Shown here piece by piece: positions 26,201-36,426 of a stretch of DNA of 64,000 nt. The position numbers and the translations under genes are program-made. The first letter of the stretch is position 1. Every line of letters starts with the position of its first letter. The DNA lies in contig NMRA01000131.1 in the NCBI GenBank assembly GCA_002633005.1, positions 111,798 through 175,797 on the forward strand, read 5' to 3'. A model generated the notes under the pieces. The model did no database searches. It was not told the origin of the DNA and was given only the letters and a program-made list of their open reading frames with translations. The stretch comes from Phoronis australis. Its lineage: Eukaryota > Animalia > Phoronida.

Positions 26201-29200
26201 CAGCACATAACTTTGAAGTTTTATGCAACCCAGCCCAGAATGGGGACCTACCACAAACCTATCAACACTCTGAGAAGCTTACATGACTGTACTACTGTAG
26301 TTCACCCAAAGGACAAAACACATGACTTTAAAAAAATGATCAGTCTGCAAAATCAGTTGCCCGGGGTGCCCGGCTACTTATATGGGTGAGATCTTCTCGC
26401 AATCTATGCACTAGAGTTAAGGAATGTATTGTGCAAAAGTCTCACAGAAGAGGGAGACTATAATGTTTCGACTCTGCATAATATTACTTAATCTTAGGAT
26501 CTAACTCTCTTTGCCTGGGAGGATAAATGTCGGAGTAGAAAAATCTGTGAGGCAGTGGTGATTAGGTGGGGAAAACCCTCCCCAACAGGGATTAAGGATA
26601 GGAGACACCTAATACTCACAACACTTTAGTTTGTCATGGTGGCTAGTAGGCGTTTCACATGACTACCACATGATGGGATAGGGCAGGGAAATTTTCTGTC
26701 AGTTGACACTGGAGACAGCTGACCTGAGAAGGGTCCAAAAGCTTTGTCAACCACGCCAATTAGACTTCGGTGAGGTAACTTTCCATCACTCATCATACTA
26801 ACGGAGCCGTATAATGAGCATTCATTCTACAATGCTGATTAATGTTGTATCTGGATTATAGATGGTGTTGGTTTTCAATGATGCAGGCCTGAAGGAGGTT
26901 GTAACACCTTGCTTCCTGCAAGAGTTTGTCAATCATAATGCTGTCTTGTACAAAGTCTACTGTATTGGACGGGACAGTTTTGTGGTACCCAGGAAGTCAC
27001 TGAGGAATTTCTGTAGTTCAGGTGAGTTACAGACACAGTAAAAACTCATCAGCATAGGGCTCAATAATGGCACGAAAAGTGAACTTTTTTTTTTAATGTT
27101 TGAATTTAGTTTTGTGTAACATTTGAAAGGTAACTAGAATTTTACATCATTGTAGTAGCATAGTTCAACTATCACAGAAATGATGAAAATTTGAATATTT
27201 TGCTCTTTTTAGTAAGCTCTCAAAAATAAAACAATTTTAAGAATTATGTTTGTCACTCACTGTTTTCTCCTTTTTATCGGATAATTGAGTGGTATCTTGT
27301 GTTTTTTTAACATCTGAGAACACGGTAATTAGGCTGGTCAGATGAGGCTTGGTTAAGGGCCCTCATTCTCTTATCAAGGATGTATTTTCTTGTAGACCCA
27401 TAAACCTATATCCTATTAAAATTGTTGATGATCACAAAGTGTTACGTGCACAAAAATGCTCAGAATTTGTTTGTATCAATCATATAACTTTATTTTTTCT
27501 AAAAAAATTGTTTTTCCACAAACATTTTTTTCATGGAAGTTGCAAATTCTGTTTCTTTGTTAAGTGTCTAGCATAATAAAGAAGCAAAATTTTGCAGTTA
27601 TGTGTAGAAACATTCAAATTTGAGGAAAATACAGTGATCTCTGTGACAAATCATGATTTTTTGAACAAAATGCAATCATTTGATAACTAACTGCTGGGCA
27701 TTACTTTCTTCCACTAAACAATATTCTGTGATCTTCAAGGATTTTTTTGGGGTCTACTATTAAAGTTATTTACAAAATTCAATCCTTGGTGTTGAAAGTA
27801 GCCAACAACTACCTTAGCATCAGAGCACAGATGAAGCTAACTATTTGAAACATGATATAGAATACGAAAATTTATTAAACTGTATCATGACCTTTATGGT
27901 ATAATTTGAATCCTTTTCAGTTGTGATCTTGTACATAACACAATTTGTTGAACATTACAGTGGATGCTTCAATTACTTTTGACAGCAGGAATATTTCAAA
28001 ACATGCATCCAAGCCTTGCGATCTGAACACTGCAAGTATAATTTTACATATCGATAAGTTGACCATGTTGAAAGATTGTTTGCAGCGTAACACGAACTGT
28101 TGTTGAGTTGTGTCATTTGCTGATACAACAGGTAAAAAATTAGGTCAGCATTTGAGCCTGCTGATCCTTGTTGTAGTCTCTGTTTGAAGTAGAAAACAAT
28201 CAATTTGTTTCAAACTTAGGTGGCCTACCTTGGTCAGACACAGAACATCTGTATGGCTAGAAGAGTGACAGTGGCCAGACCTGTGTACCATATGTACAAC
28301 ATTTATTTAGTAAACTTATGAATGTTCGCAAGTATGCAATTTGCCTATAAGAATGTGGCCCATTTGTTAGTAACTAATTTGTAATGCATAATCTCTTTAA
28401 AGAGGAAATTGCAAGGTCCAAACCAATCTGAACAACAATATGGTCTAAATTCTAGTTTATAATTATCATTGCTATATTCTTAACATTAACTAAATTGTAC
28501 GCCGCTATACAAAGTTATTTACATATTTAGTGCCGTGGTGTTGTAACGCCATCGTTGTAACGGAGAATAGAAACGGCGCCATTTTCGTTCGTTACACATC
28601 TGTGACGTGGTGTTGGGGAACACAAAGGAAACAATGTGTGTCCAAGTGAGTACAGCAGCGTAGATGAGGAATACTTTGAACGATACAGGGACGGACAGGT
28701 GGACTTTTCAGATGATTCTGACCTTTCGGACGTGGAGGTGGAGGTGACAGATCCCAGAGGAACAATATGTGTTCACAGCTTTTCTGTAGTGGAGCCGTTC
28801 TCCCTCGATCCCTTTCACGTTCACGGCCCTTTCTCTGGTCGCCGCCGAAGACTCACTCCCAGCGGGTTCGTCCTGTGAACGTCAACAGGCTGAAGGTGCG
28901 CAGGAGTTGCGATTAGATGTTAGTGATTGGTAAGAATTAATTTATCAATATGTATCCTACAACCGCGAATTATAACTTGGTCTTTTTTAATTCAAAAGTA
29001 GGTGCTTTACCAGTCAGTCCCAGGCGCCCATATCCCCATTGGTGAACCGTGTTTCAGCCGTGGATAAATACCAGTTTCAGGGATACATCTGGGATTTTTT
29101 TGCATTATAGCAAATCACTCAAAAAGTGTTTGGTCTCTGATTATTTGTAGACAGTGTGGCTCAGTGGTTTGAGCTCTTGAGACTCCGGTTCGAATCCTGG

Positions 29201-32200
29201 GTTTCACTGGCATGCAGTTGAGCATTGAACAAAATTGTCTCTTACTTCTCCGAGACTGAGCGGGGTGTTACTAGTGAGTGAATAAATGTATGCAAGGGAA
29301 TGAATGAGAACCACTTTGGAATAATCGACTGTGAATTGTAAAAAAGAGGATGAAAGAATTGCAATTTTATAATTTAGACTTTCTCACTTTGGTGCTGGGG
29401 GAGGGCATAATTCTATAGGTTATAGAACAAGTCATTTCATTTTTGTACTCAAGTCAACTCGGACCTATATCAATCGACACATGTGTTCCAAAACAGTTTT
29501 GTTTTGTAAGGCGATGCTTGAAATGGAAACAACCATTTCATGTCGATGTACATTGACCCAATGTTGCCATTATTTATAAATGAAATATGGTACATGGCTT
29601 GGTTGCGAGTCGACTTGGGTAGGAACTGCCTGGTAAAATTTCTATAGAGTAAAGAGAGCATACCATTGGATTGGTGATTGCCCATATAGCATATCAAGAA
29701 GTTTTAATGTATACTGTAATATTTAAAATATGGGCGACCCTTTGAGTGGCAACACTGCTTTTCAAGTTGGTTTGCCCCATTGTCATTGTCTAATGGTATG
29801 TGGGTGCCGATAGGATTCAGATTGGGAGAACAGGTCTCACGACTACATACAAAACAGTCCCCTCCATCAATGAATCAGGGCAACTACCTTTTGTGTTAGG
29901 ATCAGCTAAAAATCAAACAACTAATGTCCATTACTATATCCCCTGGGCATGATCTACCTCTGCCTTGGGTGTAGCACTATTCATTTGTATGAAAAGTAAA
30001 TATCTTTACTATATATGATCAATTTGTACAAAAAAATAAATAGGTTGTGATGTTCCAATCAATTTTCCTGAAAACTGAAGTCGTATTCAGACCCCTCAAT
30101 TTGGTAGAGGCACTCTTGGTAAATTTTTCAATTCGAAATTTTGATGTTTACTAAAATAATGTATTATTGTTGACACATCTTGCAGGTGCACCTGGGGCAA
30201 CTGTCAGACAACCTCAGTTGTTGAAGAAAGAGTATGTTGCCAAGAGGTTGACAAGGTTGTTGCAAAACTTGATGAAGAAATGAAGCGTGACAACTAACAC
30301 AAAAGAAAAAAATGTATTGTGGAGCATGGGGGTTTATACCTGTATACATCAATCGTGGTGTTTTGGAGACTGCATGGTTTCAGTACAAAAGCCAATATCC
30401 TGATGACTATGACAGACCCTTCGATAAAAGGATTTGACACGTGGCCTACAGACAGTTCCAAAGATGGGTACACGGTCACTCAAGACAAACTGTCCGTGTT
30501 GTCATTCCAGCATGCGCAGTAGCCTGCATCTGAGCTTTCTACCCTCCGCCAGGAAATGAGGAAGACTTTTGAGTTCCAAGGATTTTCGTAAAAGTTTCAC
30601 CCATTTATAGATATCAACAGTTGTCTTAGCCCTGGAATGCCAACTCCTCCACATGACCTATGTATTCTGTTATGAAAAATTGTGACTCGGGGACTAGTTT
30701 TATGTAATTCAAACGAGTTGCAAAAAGTTGTAGTGACAAATTCCATAGAAAGATCAAACATAGTAATAAACGAATGCAATCGCAGTGCAACCTCAGCGGC
30801 ATGAAATTGAAGTTGACATTCCATGAATAGACTTCTGTGGTTTCAGAATGGTAAATAATTAACACAGCGAGCAGCATTTATTGATGCTCATCAATCTGGT
30901 TACTTATAATAACATGGTCACGACACGTGTAATTTAACTAGGACTACATTATAAACCTCTAAACTCAACATCAGTTAAACTTATGGTTTACCTAGGTAAA
31001 CAGAGGAATTTGTCTCATTGGAGCCCAGTTTGTGTGCTTGAAGCGGACATATTGAACTGTATGGCTGTTACATAAAAAATTAAAAGTTTTGAATCTGGGC
31101 CATAGTCTGAAGTCGAGACTGAATCTTCTGCCCTCTTCTTATACAGTAGAACTCTCTAAATTGGTAGCGCTTCAGTGGGAACTTTAGAAAGGTTAGCATT
31201 AATTCCGCAGTAACGCCTCCAAATAACTCTAACTTTGATGAAATATCTCAGTCTCACTGGATACAACTTAGCGAGTTCTACTGTAATTCAATGAGAAATC
31301 AAATAACACGACACAGCAACCACTGAATCTCAACCCAAAAGCTCCCGTATGCAATAGCTTTAGATATCTATGACATGGTATGAAAACACAAAAAGTATGC
31401 ACATGAGTAGGAAGTGGGAAATCTGGAGGGAGTGCATATACCACTCACTCAAAAATTCCCTAGACACTGTTCGAATTCTGTGCAAGTGATTATTCTGTGT
31501 ACAATTTAGATGAGATTGTCCCACGAAAAGACTGAGGACCCAAACGAGTACCTTTTCACCCCCACTTAAGAAANTCAACTTTTCGCGCATTTTCTTATTT
31601 TCGCTTTTTTAAAATAACTAAAGATACAATAATACGATGATTTGAATAAAATACATCCAAATAGCAATACCTTGAAGATATTATTGCAATTTAACATACT
31701 TGGACCTTGCAAATTACACTTTAAAGAGAAATACTGTACTTTAGATTATTAGAAGATTTTTAGTTATAGTTTTTGGTTAAAAATATTCAGTTTCTTGATG
31801 GATTTTCATGAAATTCGGCATAGGATTCCATTAAGGAGACAATGATGTCTTCCCATTTCCAGATGGATTCGACATTTTTTGTCACTTAGTGGCCATTTTC
31901 AAGTCTTTTTATGCGCCCACAAAATTATATATGGATGCATTATGCTGTCATTCCCATCCGTCCGGCGTCCGTCTGGCGTCCGTCCGGCGTCTGTCCGGCA
32001 TCCATCCGGCGTTTGCTGCTTTATCTCCAAAAACCCTTTGATGCATTTTTATGAAATTTCGCATACTGTTTTTCTTTTATAGATGGGACGGCATTAAAAA
32101 AATTTTGGACGTATCTGACTACCGGTATGCCCCCTAGTGGCAATTTTATTTTTTACGTTTACTTCTGTATCTTCAGATGTTCTCGGCCTATTTTCATAAA

Positions 32201-35200
32201 ATGTGGCATATGGGCATCTATTAGTGAGATGACGCTATCTCCCCATTTTCAGATGGATTCGACGTAGTTTGCGCCACCTTGTAACCATTTTTACTGTAAT
32301 TTTTCGATTCTGTTTTTTGGCGTCCACCCCTCCATCAACCAAACTGCTCTAAAGATGATTGTGAAAATTGACATGTATGTTCTTACTATAAAGACGACAG
32401 CTCATGATTTTCCAATGACTTTGACTATTGTGGCGTCTCTTAGTGGCAGTTTTTTACGCCTATGGCAATATCTCCTAAACCCTTTGCAGGATCTTTACTA
32501 AATGTAGCAAGTGTATATGGTGTTGACAACAGACGACGATGACTTTCGGATGGATCTGACTACCGATGTGTCCCCTGGTGGCAATTTTAGTTTTAATTAC
32601 TTTTTTACATTCACCTCTATATCTTCAAAGGTCCTCAACGGATTTTCATAAAATTTGGCATATGGGCATCTATTAGTAAGATGACGCTATCCTTCCGTTT
32701 TCGGATGGATTCAAGGTAGTTTGCACCTCCTTGTGACCATTTTTACTGTTTTCGAGTCTGTTTTTGGCGTCCACCCCTCTATCAAACTGCCTTAAGGATG
32801 ATTGTGAAAATTGGCATGTATGTTCTTACTATGAAGACATGGCTCATGATCATTTTTCGATGACTTTGACTACTGCGGCAACTCCTAGTGGCAATTTTGT
32901 TTTTATGCGCCCATGGCTGTATCTCCTAAACCGTTTGCAGGATCTTTACTAAATTTAGGAAGTGTATTTAAATGATATTGACAACGGACGATGACTTTCA
33001 GACGTATCTCACTACTGGTGTGCCCCCTAATGGCAATTTCAGTTGTTTACATTTAACCTCTGTATCTTTAAAGGTCCTCGACAGATTTTCTTAAAATTTG
33101 GACTATCGGCATCTATGGGTGATGACGCTATCCTTCCGTTTTCGGATGGAATCGAGGTATTTTGCATCACCTGTTGGCCATTTTTTCTGTTTTCGAGTCA
33201 GTTTGTTGGCATCCACCCCTCTATCAACCAAACCATTGTAAAGATGATTTTGAAAATTGGTGTATGTGTTCTCAGTGACGAAGAGGACGGTTGGCGATGA
33301 CGACTTTGACTACTATGAGGCCTCCTAGTGGTAGTTTTGTTTTGTTTTGCACCCGTAGCTGTATCTGTTCAACCCATTGCATTTTTTTCCGTTTTCCTTT
33401 GTTTTTCTGAAGTTCCTTGGCAGATATTAAAGAAACGATTGCTTGTTCCCATTTTCAGATGGATTGAACATTTTTGCATTTAGTGTCCATTTTTATGATA
33501 CAAATTAACAACCCCCAGCTAGAAGCACCTGTTTGCGGTGCATTCGTGGGTGCATTTCAATGTTCTGTATTGCTCTTATTTCTAAATTAGTAAATTTGCT
33601 AATATGATATTCCCCATACTACAAGTTATTTTACTGTTACACAAGCTGTTCTGGGAATTGACAATTGCAAATTACCATGTGAACTCAGCCTACCTTTATA
33701 ACGGCACTGAAAACAAGGAATGGTCAAGCTCTGCTTAGTTTTGCAATTTTCACTTTAACCTTGAACTTGACACTGTGATGGCGGTTGCTTGCTAAAGTTT
33801 TTGTTTTAAATGATCATAAAAATGTACCTTTTCCGCATGTATTCAATGTATGAGATGGAAATAAGCCCTCTATCTGTATACCCGCAGGTGAAAAATGCAA
33901 CTATCAAAATTTTGTAAAACTAGTACCGTACTGTATTTTGTACCAAAATCACATGATTTTTCAACTATTTCAACAGTTTATCCGCAGTACTCACTTAGTA
34001 CTTTGTGAGTCTCATAACTTTACCAGCTTTTGCTTCATTCAGTACTTACATTATGTTGTTTCCAGATGTGTCCAGGTGAAGAAATGGGTCTTGAAGCTCT
34101 CAAGCCTGACACTAACAGACTGAAGGCACTTGCCAAGTTGATTCAGTCGCTCTGTCAGTTGGAGCTCATGGGAATTGATGTTGTTATTGACAGTGCAAGC
34201 GGACGGCATGCTGTAGTTGATATCAATATCTTCCCCGGTAAGGTAATCTGATATATGTTATCATTCACCTAGGTGAAGTAACTGATGCACAAATTATATA
34301 TCAAAAGTTCTGGAGACTCACCAATTTTGTTGAGTCTTCACTTGAATCCTAATGAGGAATGGTGACTGATTCGCGTGGAAATTTTTGTCTCCCTCAACTA
34401 ATGACATCAGGACCTTTTTAGTGATTGGAATTCCTGTGTATTCTTTCTGTTCAAATGCCAGAGAAATATCTGTCTAAGGATTTTCAAACAGTGGTCATGT
34501 GAACAGTAACTGTTGTGAGAGCTCGTGTAGCCCAATGTTATTAGTCACTTACAATACTGACAAAAGTATTCAGACATAATGTCCCGGAATTCCCCGTCAT
34601 GGCGTCTTTGTGGAAGCTGAAGTCACAGTCTGAGTAGTCTTTCCCTTCACAACTAACAGGTCAGGAAAGTTAGTGATGGGCTAAGCTATTCTATAATTAG
34701 AATTTTGCTACCTTGAAGGTTATCACCCATCATTTTTGTTGTTTATAGAATTAGCTGTTATGGAAAACTGTATTGTGTCCATTACCTTTGTCTTGTAATG
34801 TTTGAGGGTTGATCAAGGCCAAACGAATATTTCAAGGTTGTCCAGACCAGCCACAATATGTCTGAGGGATGGGTGAGGCCAAACAAACATTCTTTTAAGG
34901 TTGACGTCAGGGTTGGACAATTACGGCCAACCAAGCAATATTTTAAGGTTGGCTCCCAGGGCCGTGCAAGGCCAAACAAACAAATGTTTTGAGGCTGGCC
35001 TCAGCTATTAGTGAATGGAAATGATGCAGGGATGCTTCAAACTTGAATAGTAATTACATTTCATTGATTTCTGGCTATCATAAGCTCTGTGTAGTATTGT
35101 TAAGTCCCATGTTTTTAACTTGAATCCATCAGCAATCACAATGGACCCACCAAAGTTGTTTTGAGGCCCTTTCCCATACAGCTAATTCCGCCATCAAAAT

Positions 35201-36426
35201 TTCAGTGTTAACTGTAATATTATGTTAACTGCGGAGTTAAGCATTACTGTTCCCATCAGCTTCGAAGTTAGCCAACTAGTTCAGCGAAAGTATTGCAAGA
35301 GCAGTGCCAAAAATATGACCTTTGGTCACGTGACTTGGGTGTTTTTGTCATTGTCATCAAAAATGGCAAGGACCTATATCAATCTCCCCAAATGGAAACT
35401 AGAACGTCAACTTCACAAGGCTGCCAATGGTTGCCATGTTGGGACAATGAGGATGTACTAGAAGATGATGTATTAAAAAGTTTGACTCCGTCTTGAGTAG
35501 GCTAACAACTAATTCGAACATGGCAGTGTGGTGGGAACTTGTTTTGCACACATAATAGGTTCAATGAATTTTTAATGTAAAGAATCGAGCAAATAGATGG
35601 ATTAATTGAAACACAATGCTTATGCTGCTAAAATAATAAATATTTAACAAAATATTTACCAGCCACAGTCCGCTGTTGGCAAACCCAGGCAGTGACCCCT
35701 GCTGATAACTCTGATGTTATCAACTTGATAGTTAAGTGTTTCCATTGTTGCCATGCATCGATGCTTTGCTATTAAATCTACCTCAGTCTTTACTCCAGAC
35801 TTAACTCACACTGTGCACTTTGATTCAAGACCGAATTTAATTGATCCAATTGACCGAAGTTTCGTTAACATCAAAAGTTCTAACCCTGTGGGAAACGGTT
35901 TTAAGTCTCAGGACATTTCCCTGAGGCATGAGAATAATAATAAGCTACACAATTGACCAGCTTTTGTTGAGATAGGATCTGCAATCCGACCAACTGTAAA
36001 GTGTTGCACATATGTAACAGCTGACCTTGTTTTACACAGAACTTGATAATATGTGAAACATTTCTTGGCTTAGGCAATATTCTTGTGACATTAACTTAAT
36101 CACGCTAACATGTGAAAAAAGTATTTGCATCTTTCCTGGTCAGTGTCTTTGTGTTTAGGTTTTTAATAAAACTTGTCAGCGGTCTTCATGCATTGAAAAA
36201 ACTAGAAGCACAAGTATTTTTGCTTCTTTGCTTGTCAGATTGCCGTTGACTCTCAGAGAGAATTTGCCTAATGAAAACTGCTTTCATTAAGTTGCACTGT
36301 TTATGTCCTATTTTGGTTTCTGTTTCAGGATACATAGGGGTGCCTGACGTACATGCTAAAATATGCAAACTGTTAAAGGACAAAGTGAAGGAGGCAAGAA
36401 CGAAGACGGGGATGACTCATTTCTGA
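14201..36426 (+). CDS. ITPK1: Inositol-tetrakisphosphate 1-kinase (ITPK1 family, ATP-grasp), about 339 aa
   Basis: Exons 14201-14316, 16021-16045, 16660-16785, 17624-17741, 20306-20407, 20900-20931, 26862-27021, 27961-28031 (GC donor inferred), 34066-34237, 36329-36426; total 1020 nt with an open frame. Motifs RVGFLLSDKK, QGPFDVIFMKITD, QEFVNHNAVLYKVY, RKSLRNF, MGIDVVID, VDINIFPGY. Probable non-coding first exon ends at the donor at 11729/11730. Confidence 0.93.
17388..17563. repeat. About 175 bp interspersed repeat with 11 bp terminal inverted repeat
   Basis: ATTGATCTATC...GATAGGTCAAT ends; interrupted copy at 21104-21686 and a weak partial copy near 23235-23350. Confidence 0.6.
18100..19170 (-). 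mobile_element. Reverse-orientation diverged copy of the HINE-like repeat family
   Basis: Reverse complements of family motifs (CCAAATTTCATGAAA, TGCCATTTAGAGGAAAC, GCCACTATGGGGCACAGCTGTAGTC); boundaries approximate. Confidence 0.5.
19197..19612. repeat. Direct repeat pair of about 110 bp
   Basis: AATCACTGATCCTTCTGGGT.GAAGGTTAAGTT at about 19202 and 19498. Confidence 0.6.
21267..21671. mobile_element. MITE with about 40 bp TIRs (GGGCC termini, PIF/Harbinger-like) inserted into another small repeat
   Basis: Left GGGCCCGGTCTCCAATCTTTTTACTCGAAA vs right reverse-complement GGGCCTGGTCTCTAATCTTTGTACTCGAAA. It splits a repeat (about 21104-21266 plus 21672-21686) whose intact copy is at 17388-17563. 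Confidence 0.7.
22855..22952 (-). mobile_element. tRNA-derived SINE fragment
   Basis: Minus strand reads GGAGGCAGTGTGGCCCAGTGG...GGTTCGAGTTCC (A- and B-box-like), similar head to the element at 29153. Confidence 0.55.
24214..25402 (+). mobile_element. Second HINE/Helentron-like family element
   Basis: T-run then sub-TIR ACTTGGCGAAAT (24219-24230) / ATTTCGCCAAGT (25351-25362), GTTT microsatellite near the 5' end, duplicated TCATCG-rich 3' block, terminal hairpin CTGCAGTATTATGTAG. Confidence 0.65.
25570..26800. mobile_element. Diverged inverted repeat pair (about 230 bp arms), Penelope-like pLTR candidate
   Basis: 25570-25805 is the approximate reverse complement of 26560-26800 (e.g. CTTTAATCCCTG/CAGGGATTAAG, CCACCTAATC/GATTAGGTGG); each arm holds a degenerate minimal hammerhead motif. 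Confidence 0.55.
26091..26236. mobile_element. Small MITE-like inverted-repeat element nested between the arms
   Basis: Termini GCTCAGTTGCATAAAA ... TTTTATGCAACCCAGC. Confidence 0.5.
28634..30591 (+). pseudogene. P2X7 C-terminal (ballast)/KolX-like zinc-binding protein pseudogene, two exons
   Basis: Exon A about 28634-28929 (acidic N-terminus, EPFSLDP, ends ..RLDVSD TG|GTAAG); exon B 30186-30591 (CAG|G) reads W-CTWGNC..EERVCCQE..KCIVEHGG[frameshift]PVYINRGVLETAWFQY..KRI*HVAYRQFQRWVHG..RVVIPACAVACI*AFYP..FQGF. Several stops and frameshifts. Confidence 0.85.
29153..29330 (+). mobile_element. tRNA-derived SINE head nested in the KolX intron
   Basis: A-box TGGCTCAGTGG (29157-29167) and B-box GGTTCGAATCC (29187-29197); no complete cloverleaf; 3' boundary approximate. 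Confidence 0.6.
31906..33581 (+). mobile_element. HINE/DINE-1-like (Helentron-derived) non-autonomous element with internal tandem repeats
   Basis: 5' T-run, sub-TIR ATGCGCCCAC (31911-31920) / GTGGGTGCAT (33546-33555), GTCC-rich microsatellite about 31955-32010, about 3 central repeats of roughly 445 bp, short 3' hairpin. Confidence 0.7.
34795..35000. repeat. Degenerate minisatellite
   Basis: Repeated AGGGTTG...AGGCCAAAC...TATTTTAAGGTTG units. Confidence 0.6.

Larger units (their letters stand above)
28401..31720. mobile_element. Kolobok-type DNA transposon (non-autonomous derivative) in ITPK1 intron 8
   Basis: TTAA at 28397-28400 and 31721-31724; termini AG...CT; imperfect 21 bp TIR (left AGAGGAAATTGCAAGGTCCAA, right reverse-complement AGTGTAATTTGCAAGGTCCAA). 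Carries a P2X7-ballast/KolX-like pseudogene. Confidence 0.85.

Noticed and set aside
29153-29215. tRNA gene
   Set aside because: Has A and B boxes but no complete cloverleaf or anticodon arm, so it is treated as a SINE head.
30597-31590. Remnant Kolobok transposase on the minus strand
   Set aside because: I could not recognise THAP or DDE motifs in the short ORFs; a translated profile search is needed.
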